IMG/VR virus record: IMGVR_UViG_3300050185_000003
Coordinates: 1 to 40,283 of that record
From: a virus
DNA: 40,283 bases
Direction: 5' to 3' (one strand)
This document shows positions 8,500 through 16,431 of the stretch, piece by piece. A program made the position numbers and the translations under genes. Each line of letters starts with the position of its first letter. Position 1 is the stretch's first letter. The notes below the pieces were generated by a model, which was not told where the DNA came from, did not search any database, and worked only from the letters and a program-made list of their open reading frames with translations.

Positions 8500-8687
8500 T
8501 GACCTCCTCCGTCTGCCCTCATGCCCGCTGGCGCACGATGACGACGCCGAAGAAGCGCAAGGTCGCGGGCTGGTACTGCGACAAGCGCAAGGCGTTCATC
8601 GATATGCGGATGTGCGCCGTGTGCAAGCATCGTCCCAACATCGAGCCGCCCACAGCGGCCGACAATTCAAATCTAGGAGGTCGATGA
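8496..8687 (+). CDS. small Cys-rich (Zn-finger-like) protein
   Basis: Internal ATG 8496 overlaps the previous stop. Protein MMTSSVCPHARW..WYCDKRKAFIDMRMCAVCKH has a C..H / C / CxxC arrangement. Confidence 0.45.
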   Translation: MMTSSVCPHARWRTMTTPKKRKVAGWYCDKRKAFIDMRMCAVCKHRPNIEPPTAADNSNLGGR

Positions 8688-8959
8688 TGACCATCGATCA
8701 AAACACTCTGGCCCTGATCCTGACGCTGCTTGGCGGCGGGATCGTCACCACCCTCGTCCAGGCCCTGAAGAAGTGGCTGAAGATCGAGGGCGGCTGGAGG
8801 GCGATGGTGCTGGCCGCTGCGCTGTCCCTGGGAGGAACCGCCTACGTCCTCGTCAGCGCGCACGCTTTCACCATCGTGGCCCTGCTGTGCTACGGCGCGG
8901 CGGTGTTCGGTGAAAGCACGGGCCTCTACCACCTGACGGGGAAGACGAAGACGGCCTGA
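8684..8959 (+). CDS. small integral membrane protein, holin-like (about 3 hydrophobic helices)
   Basis: AGGAGG at 8675..8680 precedes ATGATG at 8684/8687. Hydrophobic segments are LALILTLLGGGIVTTLV, AMVLAAALSLGGTAYVLV and FTIVALLCYGAAVFG. Confidence 0.55.
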   Translation: MMTIDQNTLALILTLLGGGIVTTLVQALKKWLKIEGGWRAMVLAAALSLGGTAYVLVSAHAFTIVALLCYGAAVFGESTGLYHLTGKTKTA

Positions 8960-8966
8960 CCGCTTG

Positions 8967-8996
8967 GGGGAGGGGGCTGGTGACGGCTCCCTCCCC
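8967..8996 (+). terminator. GC-rich stem-loop (12-bp stem including 2 G-U pairs, 6-nt loop), possible terminator or RNA-stability element
   Basis: ggggagggggct / ggtgac / ggctccctcccc paired by hand. No U-tract follows. Confidence 0.3.
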
Positions 8997-9016
8997 ACAG
9001 CGAAAGGAGAAAAGCA

Positions 9017-9208
9017 ATGACCGCCCAGGAATCAATCGACAAGGCCAAGGCCGCGATTTCCGAAGTCATCTATTCGGAGCTTAACAACCTCCAGGATGAA
9101 ACCGGAATGCTCCCGTTTGCGGTCGGGGTGGACCTCGTCATCAGTCGCCTCGTAGGCGGAGGGAAGCGGCTTGTGCATGTCAACGTCTCCATCAGGATCG
9201 AGGCCTGA
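9017..9208 (+). CDS. hypothetical small protein
   Basis: ORF track entry, with AAAGGAGAAAAGCA upstream of the ATG. Confidence 0.55.
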   Translation: MTAQESIDKAKAAISEVIYSELNNLQDETGMLPFAVGVDLVISRLVGGGKRLVHVNVSIRIEA

Positions 9209-9209
9209 C

Positions 9210-9833
9210 ATGACCGGACCGCAGCTGCGCGCCATGCGCGAGAAGGCGGGCGTCTCGGCCCTCGTCTTCGCCAAGTCCGCCGGGGTCTCGGTGCCGACCC
9301 TGTTCGCGTTCGAGACAGGCGGCCAGATCCGAGACTCCAAGCGAGAGAAGATCGTCGCCGCCAGAGCCAAGCTCGACAGCATGCCCAAGGCCAAGCGCGC
9401 CCTGAACGGGCAGGGGAAGCGCGGAAAGCCCGCGGCCGCGGCCCCGCCGGAGAAGCCCAAAGCCAGGCGCTTCAAGGCGACGCTGAGCGATGGCCAGGAA
9501 GCCGTCAAGCGCGTCCGCGCCCGGGTGGCGGAGGAAGACGCCGAGGAATCCGAGAGGCCCCGGCCCCGCCAGACCGGCCGCGCCCTTCACGGCGTCCGCC
9601 CGGGAGCGATGGACGCTGATGATCCCGCCGCCGCCTGGAACGGGCGCTTCGACGTGGCATGGCTGCGCTCGCAGATCCAGGCCTGGATCAAGGGCGGCGT
9701 CACCCGGGCCGAGCTCAGGACCGGCGATCCGGCTTCGGCTACGCGGGTCTTTTACATGGCCAGCGAGGCGCAGCTGCTGGACCTGGGGCGGCGGCTGGGC
9801 GTTGCGATGACCGGGAAGACGTTGCAGGAGTAG
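9210..9833 (+). CDS. XRE-family helix-turn-helix DNA-binding protein
   Basis: From ATG 9210 the protein reads MTGPQLRAMREKAGVSALVFAKSAGVSVPTLFAFETGG, a typical HTH_3 pattern. A basic linker and a C-terminal domain follow. Confidence 0.65.
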   Translation: MTGPQLRAMREKAGVSALVFAKSAGVSVPTLFAFETGGQIRDSKREKIVAARAKLDSMPKAKRALNGQGKRGKPAAAAPPEKPKARRFKATLSDGQEAVKRVRARVAEEDAEESERPRPRQTGRALHGVRPGAMDADDPAAAWNGRFDVAWLRSQIQAWIKGGVTRAELRTGDPASATRVFYMASEAQLLDLGRRLGVAMTGKTLQE

Positions 9834-9837
9834 CACC

Positions 9838-10125
9838 ATGACCGATGAAGCGATCAAGAAGCGCCTGGCCCGAGCCAGATCTGCCGCGGCCGACAACCTC
9901 CGCCGATCCGGCTACGGCATCATCGAGACCCGCGGCGGCTCCTTCGATATCATCGCCGTCCGTTACTCCGAAGCCCGCTTCGTCCGGATCGTCCTGGATC
10001 AACCGACGTGCGCGGACATGAAGGCCGCCGGGTCCTACGACGTGCCGACCAACTGCGTCCGCGAGATCTGGGAGGCAGACAGCTCTGACGGCTCGCGGCC
10101 TGAGTTCGCAATCAGGAAAGTTTAA
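9838..10125 (+). CDS. hypothetical protein, weak resemblance to the Hjc/YraN-type PD-(D/E)xK nuclease fold
   Basis: AGGAG lies upstream of the ATG. The GYGIIETRGGSFDIIAV pattern resembles the fold, but no E-x-K follows (RIVLDQ instead). Confidence 0.5.
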   Translation: MTDEAIKKRLARARSAAADNLRRSGYGIIETRGGSFDIIAVRYSEARFVRIVLDQPTCADMKAAGSYDVPTNCVREIWEADSSDGSRPEFAIRKV

Positions 10126-10237
10126 CCATGTCAAGGGTTTTGTTGGACGCGGTTTCCGTCCCGTTTGGACGGGGTTAGACGTCGCCATCAGGGGGGGGCC
10201 CGCGGCAACCCCGTCCCGCAAGCCTGACGCTTAAAAA

Positions 10238-10261
10238 TCACGCCCCATAATCGGGGCGTGA
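10238..10261 (-). terminator. perfect 9-bp hairpin (tcacgcccc / ataatc / ggggcgtga) whose U-tract lies on the minus-strand side
   Basis: Read directly. On the minus strand the stem is followed by TTTTT (the complement of aaaaa at 10233..10237). On the plus strand no T-run follows. Confidence 0.4.
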
Positions 10262-10312
10262 GCCACGGTTCCCTTTCCTCCTCCTTTCGAGTCGGGCGGG
10301 GAGGCGTCTGAC

Positions 10313-10687
10313 ATGGTCGCCTCCCCGCAACTTTCGCTCACCCAGAAGCAGGCCCGCTTCGAATACCTGACCGCTAAGCTCGTCATCGAGTGCGCCCTGG
10401 CCGGCGTCGAAATCATCTGCTACCGGCACCGCTCGACCCTGGCGGAGGACTTAGCCCACTTCGAGGCCGGGCGCTCCCAGATCGACCCCCGCCTGACCCC
10501 GACCCCGCACATGCGCGGGCTCGCCAAGGACTACGCCATCCCCAACGCCGACGGCTCGGGCTACGACTGGTCCTCTCCAGGCTACGACATCTTGGGCCGG
10601 ATCGCGGAATCACTCGGGCTCACATGGGGCGGTTCCTGGGTCTCCCTGGTGGATAAAAACCACGTCCAGTACGCGGACGGAGCCTGA
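10313..10687 (+). CDS. peptidase M15 family endolysin (D-Ala-D-Ala / L-Ala-D-Glu peptidase type)
   Basis: Zn-ligand pattern H-x6-D (HMRGLAKD) and D-x-x-H (VDKNHV), with LTWGGSW between them. GGGGAGG lies upstream of the ATG. Confidence 0.8.
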   Translation: MVASPQLSLTQKQARFEYLTAKLVIECALAGVEIICYRHRSTLAEDLAHFEAGRSQIDPRLTPTPHMRGLAKDYAIPNADGSGYDWSSPGYDILGRIAESLGLTWGGSWVSLVDKNHVQYADGA

Positions 10688-10690
10688 GCC

Positions 10691-11398
10691 ATGACCAAGA
10701 CCCTCCGCGCCTGCCTCGCCGTTGTCGTAGCCATCGTCTTGGCCCTGGCGGGCTGGGGCGTCATCGAGCGCAAGGCCTACGTCGCCGCCAAGGCCAAGGC
10801 CGACATCCTCCGCTCCGACTACACGGCCTATGTCGAGCAGGCCGAGGCCGTCAAGGCCGATATGGCCATCGAGGCCGCAACCCTCCGCGCCGAGAAGGCC
10901 GCCGCCATAGACGCGGCCATCTCCGCGGAATCCTCAAAGGCCAAGATTGCCGCCGACCTGGCCGCCGAAAAAGCAAAAACGGCCGCCCTCCCTCCCGACA
11001 GCCTATCCGGCAGCATCAACCTACGGATCGGGGCGGGGCAATCCTACCCGACGGGGGACGGCCGTTTTTCCTTTTCCCGCCCCGGAGCCGACGCGACGCT
11101 CGATAGCTTCCTTGAAGGCGAGGCGTCGCACAACCTATATGAGGCCGAGCGATCCGTCACCGCGAATCTTCGGACGGCTTTGACCGCCGCGGAAAGCGAA
11201 AACGGCAACCTCAGCCATCGGCTCTGCCTCACCCAAGGCGAGTTGGACCGGGCCGTCAACGCCTGGGGTGCCGAGACATCGGCGCTTAACCACCTCCGCC
11301 TGTCCATCATCGGCCGAACCGTCACCACGGCGGCCATCAGCTTCGGCGTCGGCCTCGCTGTCGCGTGGGGTCTGCACGCTGCGGGGATCCTCAAATGA
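10691..11398 (+). CDS. membrane protein with N- and C-terminal hydrophobic helices and a central coiled coil (lysis accessory, spanin-like?)
   Basis: N-terminal LAVVVAIVLALAGWGVI, an Ala/Lys/Glu-rich helical middle and C-terminal AAISFGVGLAVAWGLHAAGIL. It lies directly downstream of the endolysin. Confidence 0.55.
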   Translation: MTKTLRACLAVVVAIVLALAGWGVIERKAYVAAKAKADILRSDYTAYVEQAEAVKADMAIEAATLRAEKAAAIDAAISAESSKAKIAADLAAEKAKTAALPPDSLSGSINLRIGAGQSYPTGDGRFSFSRPGADATLDSFLEGEASHNLYEAERSVTANLRTALTAAESENGNLSHRLCLTQGELDRAVNAWGAETSALNHLRLSIIGRTVTTAAISFGVGLAVAWGLHAAGILK

Positions 11399-11433
11399 CC
11401 AAGGCGCGCACCTCACCGGCGGCGGAGTAAACC

Positions 11434-11718
11434 ATGACCACGCCCAACCCCATCGGCCAGGTTCTAAAAGCCAAGTCGCCTTGGACGGCCATCATCCTCT
11501 CGCTGTTCATCATCTACGTCCTCGTCACCCAACTCTCCCCGGCCAGGACCAGCGACGATATCAACGTCCGGCTGATCCGGCTGGAGACGGCCGTCATGGA
11601 CCTCAAGAACACCCCACAGGCCTTGGCCACTCTGACCGAGGCCATCTCCAACCTCAAGTCAAGCGTCGATCGGACGGAACGCAAGCTCGACCAGCATATC
11701 AACCGGGAAGCCAAGTAA
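11434..11718 (+). CDS. small membrane protein with one N-terminal TM helix and a coiled-coil tail (holin or spanin-component candidate)
   Basis: WTAIILSLFIIYVLV is followed by a helical heptad-like tail. GGCGGAG lies upstream of the ATG. Confidence 0.5.
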   Translation: MTTPNPIGQVLKAKSPWTAIILSLFIIYVLVTQLSPARTSDDINVRLIRLETAVMDLKNTPQALATLTEAISNLKSSVDRTERKLDQHINREAK

Positions 11719-11721
11719 AGC

Positions 11722-12171
11722 ATGAAGAAAAAGACATCCCCTCGCTCTCGCGTGGCCTGCAAGGCCGCCGCGGCGTGGTCTGTCCGAGAGAAAGCCGAGA
11801 GCACAAAAGACACGGCTACAAAAAAAGCCCGCTTCCTGAAGGCCTATGAGCAGCAGTCCTGCAACATCTCCGCCGCCTGCCGGGCGGCCAAAATCAAATC
11901 CCGAAAGACGTTCTACCGCTGGTTAGAATCCGACCCCGTATTCGCCGAACAGGTAAGCGACCTCGATGAAGCCGACCTGGACTTTTCGGAGGGCGCGTTG
12001 AAAAAGCAGATCGGGAACGGGAATATCGCCGCGATCATCTTCCATCTCAAGACCAAGGGCCGTCGCCGCGGCTACATCGAACAGATCGACGGCAACATCC
12101 GCCACTCCCAGGCCCTCTCCCTGACCGACCTGCAGGGCTCGCTCAACGCCTACGAGGGGGCCGGAGCGTGA
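11722..12171 (+). CDS. terS: terminase small subunit (HTH type)
   Basis: KARFLKAYEQQSCNISAACRAAKIKSRKTFYRWLESDPVFAEQV...GNGNIAAIIFHLKTKG matches the remembered phage TerS HTH pattern. It lies immediately upstream of and overlapping terL. Confidence 0.7.
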   Translation: MKKKTSPRSRVACKAAAAWSVREKAESTKDTATKKARFLKAYEQQSCNISAACRAAKIKSRKTFYRWLESDPVFAEQVSDLDEADLDFSEGALKKQIGNGNIAAIIFHLKTKGRRRGYIEQIDGNIRHSQALSLTDLQGSLNAYEGAGA

Positions 12172-13625
12172 TTACCGCCGAGGCCTTGCTGATGCAGAGG
12201 TACCGGGCCCGCCCGGACTTCTTCGTTGAGCACGCTCTGGGCCACAAGACCTGGAGTAAGCAGCGCGAAGTACTACGCTCGGTCCGCGACCACGTCCGGA
12301 CCGCCGTCCGCGCCAGCCACGGCGTCTCCAAGACCTACACCGCAGCCGAGGCTGCCGTCTGGTTCCTCAACTGCGTCCCGCGCTCCAAGGTCATCACCAC
12401 GGCGCCGACGTTCATGCAGGTGGCGAAGCTGCTCTGGGCCGAGATCAACACCATCTACACGACATCCCGGATCCAGCTCGAGGGCGAGTGCCTGGCCGTC
12501 GAGATCAAGACCAAGCACCCCGACCATTTCGCCGTTGGGTTCTCGACCGACAAGCCGGCCCGGGCCGAGGGCTGGCACTCCCAGTCCATTATGTTCATCC
12601 TCGACGAAGGCAAAGGCATCGCGCAGTGGATGTGGGACAGCGTCCGCGGCGCCATGACCGGTGGCTTCTGCCGGCTGCTGGTGCTCTCGACCACGGACGG
12701 CGTCCAGGTCGAGGAGAACTTCTACCGCATCTTCCAGGGCGAGGACGCGGACAGCCAATGGAACCGGATCCATATCTCAGCCTTCGACTCGCCCTACGTC
12801 ACCGGCGAGAAGTTCCGCTCGGTCAAGATCCCGGATCCGCGCCGGCCCGAGCGCTTCGAGGTCGAGTGGACCGAGCCCAAGGACGTCAAGATCCAGATCG
12901 CCGATCAGGGCTACATCGACGCCGCGAAACTGGACTGGGGCGAGGACTCGGTCCTGTACCGGACCAAGGTCCTGGGCGAGATCGTTGACGACGCGGCCGA
13001 CTCCATCATCACCGTGGCCCAGACAAATCGCATGTTCGCCAACGCCTCCGCCCCGGCCTTCATCGACGCCGGGGCCCTGCAGGCCGGGATCGACGTTGCC
13101 CGCGGCGGGACCGATGACGCCGTGTTCTTTAGGTCCAAGGGGTTGCGGGTCACCGGCAGCAAGGTCATCCCTCCCCAGCGCGTGCCCGATAAGGCCAAGC
13201 TAGTCTTCATCGCCGACGAGTTCGAGCGTTTCATCGACCACGACAAGGCCTACCGGGTCAAGGTCGATGACACCGGCGTCGGCGGCGGCGTGACGGACAT
13301 CCTCCAGGACCGCGGCTACGCAGTCGCTCCCGTCAACAACGGCGGCGAGCCCTCCCAGCCAGACCGCTACAACAACGTCGCGGCCGAGATGTGGTACGAG
13401 GTCGGCAAACTCGTTCATGAGATCGCGTGCCCCGATCTCCCGCGCCTGGCCGGCGAGCTCACCGGGCGCAAGTCCGCGAGCCTGGACAGCAAGGGCCGGC
13501 TCCGGGTTGAGTCCAAGGACGACTACAAAAAGCGCAGCGGCGGCAAGTCGCCGGACATGGCGGATGCCTTTCTGCTTTGCTTCTACAACGGGGTTTCTAG
13601 AGAACCCCACATTTGGAGGGCGTGA
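12168..13625 (+). CDS. terL: terminase large subunit
   Basis: Walker-A-like RASHGVSKT, Walker B MFILDEGKG and nuclease-domain GIDVARGGTDDAV..VKVDDTGVGGG. The start (GTG 12168 or ATG 12192) is uncertain. Confidence 0.85.
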   Translation: MITAEALLMQRYRARPDFFVEHALGHKTWSKQREVLRSVRDHVRTAVRASHGVSKTYTAAEAAVWFLNCVPRSKVITTAPTFMQVAKLLWAEINTIYTTSRIQLEGECLAVEIKTKHPDHFAVGFSTDKPARAEGWHSQSIMFILDEGKGIAQWMWDSVRGAMTGGFCRLLVLSTTDGVQVEENFYRIFQGEDADSQWNRIHISAFDSPYVTGEKFRSVKIPDPRRPERFEVEWTEPKDVKIQIADQGYIDAAKLDWGEDSVLYRTKVLGEIVDDAADSIITVAQTNRMFANASAPAFIDAGALQAGIDVARGGTDDAVFFRSKGLRVTGSKVIPPQRVPDKAKLVFIADEFERFIDHDKAYRVKVDDTGVGGGVTDILQDRGYAVAPVNNGGEPSQPDRYNNVAAEMWYEVGKLVHEIACPDLPRLAGELTGRKSASLDSKGRLRVESKDDYKKRSGGKSPDMADAFLLCFYNGVSREPHIWRA

Positions 13626-16219
13626 TGAAAAAGAAACTGACCCTGATTGGAATCATCCTGGCGATTGTGTCCCTGGCCTTCGCCCTGGATACGGTGGTGG
13701 TCAAGACCGACAGCTACAACGTGACCGGAGAGGACGACGGCAAGGTCATCGTTATGAATGCGGCCACGGCTAAGGTCGTGGCTCTTCCGGGGCTAGGGTC
13801 TACTCAGGTCGGCTACGTCCTCACCGTCATCAAGCAGGGGGCCGGGGCCGTTACGATCGACGTCGGGGCCGGGGTGGTGATCGCCGATTCCACGGCCGGG
13901 GCCTACATCCGCAACACCACGTCCGAGACCTACGCCGCGATCCGGATCATCTACAGCGCCGTCAATTACTGGAAGATCTTGGGAGCGCTCGGAACCTGGG
14001 CCACAGATGTTTCTACGTTCTCGACAGGAGTCACGCTTCCGGTCGCGATAGCCAACGGAGGGACAGGCGCCTCGACCAAAGCGGCGGCCCATGACGCCTT
14101 GTCGCCGATGTCGACACTGGGGGACATCGTCTATGGCGGAGCCTCAGGGACCGGCACTAGGTTGGCGGGTAATATCGCGGCGACCAATAAGTGGCTACGC
14201 CAAATCGGGACCGGTTCGGCCAGCGCGGCCCCGACTTGGGAAGCCATCACAGACGCCGACCTGCCGTCGACGATCAAGGGTTTCACCCTGAGCCCTCTGG
14301 CGACCGGTTTTAGCATCGCGGCCGGAACGACCCCCAAGACCCTGACCGTGAATGAGACCACGGCTCTGAACGGCGGGACGATCTATAAGCTGCCCGTGTT
14401 CTCGGCCGCCAACTCCATCGGCGAGCTTGCCGCTGTCGGCGCGACGGGCGAGTATTTGGCGGGCGCGACGGGGGCAATCCCTGTATGGGCTACGCTGAAT
14501 CAGGCGGCTGTGGCGGGACTGACCACGGCGAGTAGCCCGACCTTTGCGGGGTTGACGATTACGGGAGCAAGCGGCGCGGTGTCTGCCTCTGCCGGCGTTC
14601 TGAGCGCCGGAACACTATCCGCTGGCAACGGCGGAACGGGTCAGTCCTCGTATACCATCGGTGACATCCTCTACGCCTCGGCCTCCGGAACGCTATCGAA
14701 ACTGGCGGGCGGCACCGCCGGGTACGTCCTCACGGCTCAGGGTGCTGGCGTTGCCCCGGCCTACGCGGCCGCTCCGACGGCCCAGGTTGTCCCGCACGTT
14801 ATCGGCGTCCAATGGAATCAGGCGACTGGCACTTGGACCTACATCGACCAGGACGCGGCGGCTCTGGCGATCACCCAGGCTCAGTTCGACCGCCATCCGG
14901 TCTGGGGTGGGATACGGCGCGTGAACCTCAACGCCGCCGGAACGGTTGTCGCGGCTATCGGGGATCAGGGCTTCGCGCTTGACGGGGCCAACGGCCGGGT
15001 CATGGTCGAGATTCCTAAGTTCTATGTCAAGACGAATTCTCCTTCGGCGAACGTCTATCAATGGTTCGTTTCCGACGTTCCGCTCCCCGGATACTACCTC
15101 CATCCAGCGTTCAAGCAAAGCAATGGCGGGGCGGTGACGCGGGCGGGTAATTACCTCTACATCGGGGCCTACGCGGCTGACCTGGACTACGACGGCGTGG
15201 GCGGTCATGTCGAGTTTAACAGCCGGACCGGGACCCAGCCCATGACCGGAACGGAAGCCATCTTCAGCGTCGCATTCACGGCTGGCGATAATGAGCCAGC
15301 CATCGGCGACTCGCTGGAAACCGCGACGGACAGCGGCTGGCTGGTCGTGGATTACGTCGTTGCAAGCGGGGCCTGGGCCACGAACGACGCCGCCGGGACG
15401 CTCTATCTGAGAAAGCCCAGCGACGCGGCTTGCGGGTTCACGAATACCGAGGCCATCACGAACACCACCCAGGCCAACGCGCTTGGAACGTCGGGAACAC
15501 CATCGGCCTTGACCCTGACCCTCGCCAACGCCCGCACCTACGCCGGGAACATCGGCACGGGCTGGTGCGTCGAGAACATCTGGGAATGGTCCGCTGTCCG
15601 CCTGCTCATGTACATCGAGTACAAGGGCGCGGCGCTCGATACCGGGATTGGCCTGGGCGTAATCAATAAGGCCAGCGGGACCGGATTCGCCGGGGAACTG
15701 AACGGAGCGGCGTCGATCGACAGCAACCTTGCCGCGAACGGGACGGGGGTCGGGACCGGGACGAACGGCCTTGTCCCCGTAGCATGGCGCGGGATCGAGA
15801 ACCCCTGGGGCAACGTCTGGCAGTGGGTCGAGGGCTGGAACACGGTGGACGGGACCGACACGGCGAACCAGGTCAAGTACAGGATCGCCAAGGCAGACGG
15901 GACAACGGCGTTCGCGGATTCGCTGGCCACCTATGACCAACTGGAGGCGACGCACACGGGACTGCCGGATGGATACGTGTCGAACGTCCACTTCGACGCC
16001 GGGTTCTCGCTGCTGTTCCTGCCGTCGGCGGTAGCCGGGGCGTCGGACACCTATCTCCGCGATTATTACTACGAACACAACACTGGGGGATCGGAGGCCC
16101 TGCTGGCCGGTGGCGTTTGGCGTAGCGGCGCGAATGCGGGCCCAGGCGATCTGAATTCGAATTATTCCGCGGGCGGTTCCGATCGCGATGTCGGCGCCCG
16201 CCTGAGTTTCCTCCGATAA
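13625..16219 (+). CDS. DGR target protein: fibre-like protein with a signal-peptide-like N-terminus and a C-terminal C-type-lectin-fold variable region
   Basis: ATG 13625 follows GGAGGG and overlaps the terL stop. The N-terminus is MKKKLTLIGIILAIVSLAFA|LD. Tail-fibre-type motifs are IANGGTGASTKAAAHDAL, GDIVYGG..GTRLAG and NGGTGQSSYTIGDILYAS..LSKLAGG. The C-terminus ALLAGGVWRSGANAGPGDLNSNYSAGGSDRDVGARLSFLR is the VR. Confidence 0.9.
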   Translation: MKKKLTLIGIILAIVSLAFALDTVVVKTDSYNVTGEDDGKVIVMNAATAKVVALPGLGSTQVGYVLTVIKQGAGAVTIDVGAGVVIADSTAGAYIRNTTSETYAAIRIIYSAVNYWKILGALGTWATDVSTFSTGVTLPVAIANGGTGASTKAAAHDALSPMSTLGDIVYGGASGTGTRLAGNIAATNKWLRQIGTGSASAAPTWEAITDADLPSTIKGFTLSPLATGFSIAAGTTPKTLTVNETTALNGGTIYKLPVFSAANSIGELAAVGATGEYLAGATGAIPVWATLNQAAVAGLTTASSPTFAGLTITGASGAVSASAGVLSAGTLSAGNGGTGQSSYTIGDILYASASGTLSKLAGGTAGYVLTAQGAGVAPAYAAAPTAQVVPHVIGVQWNQATGTWTYIDQDAAALAITQAQFDRHPVWGGIRRVNLNAAGTVVAAIGDQGFALDGANGRVMVEIPKFYVKTNSPSANVYQWFVSDVPLPGYYLHPAFKQSNGGAVTRAGNYLYIGAYAADLDYDGVGGHVEFNSRTGTQPMTGTEAIFSVAFTAGDNEPAIGDSLETATDSGWLVVDYVVASGAWATNDAAGTLYLRKPSDAACGFTNTEAITNTTQANALGTSGTPSALTLTLANARTYAGNIGTGWCVENIWEWSAVRLLMYIEYKGAALDTGIGLGVINKASGTGFAGELNGAASIDSNLAANGTGVGTGTNGLVPVAWRGIENPWGNVWQWVEGWNTVDGTDTANQVKYRIAKADGTTAFADSLATYDQLEATHTGLPDGYVSNVHFDAGFSLLFLPSAVAGASDTYLRDYYYEHNTGGSEALLAGGVWRSGANAGPGDLNSNYSAGGSDRDVGARLSFLR
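16097..16211 (+). repeat. DGR variable region (VR)
   Basis: 115-bp ungapped match to 16317..16431 with 18 mismatches. Sixteen of these fall at positions that are A in the other copy. The VR is in frame at the last 38 codons of the target gene. Confidence 0.9.
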
Positions 16220-16316
16220 GGCCGACAATGAAAATAAATGGCTTCGACCGCTTAGATCCGGGATTTTGTCCCGGTCTTCTTCGCGGTGGGAATAGGTCGA
16301 GAGGCATAGCGGTGCA

Positions 16317-16431
16317 AGCCCTGCTAGCCGGTGGCAATTGGAATAACAGCGCGAATGCAGGCCCAGGCTATCTGAATTCGAATAATTCCACGGGCAATTC
16401 CAATCGCAATATCGGCGCCCACCTGAGCTTC
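16317..16431 (+). repeat. DGR template repeat (TR)
   Basis: Adenine-rich copy with 29 A and 10 AAY codons when read in the VR frame (ALLAGGNWNNSANAGPGYLNSNNSTGNSNRNIGAHLSF). It lies in the non-coding gap between the target and the RT. Confidence 0.9.

Noticed and set aside
10126-10312. Possible tRNA or small RNA gene in the intergenic gap
   Set aside because: I could not fold a cloverleaf: there are no T-loop or anticodon-arm candidates with correct spacing. It is treated as a regulatory structure instead.
14693-16228. 511-aa minus-strand ORF
   Set aside because: It is antisense to the DGR target gene, whose frame is fixed by the in-frame VR and recognisable fibre and lectin motifs. Its composition is Arg/Gly/Pro-rich and low-complexity.
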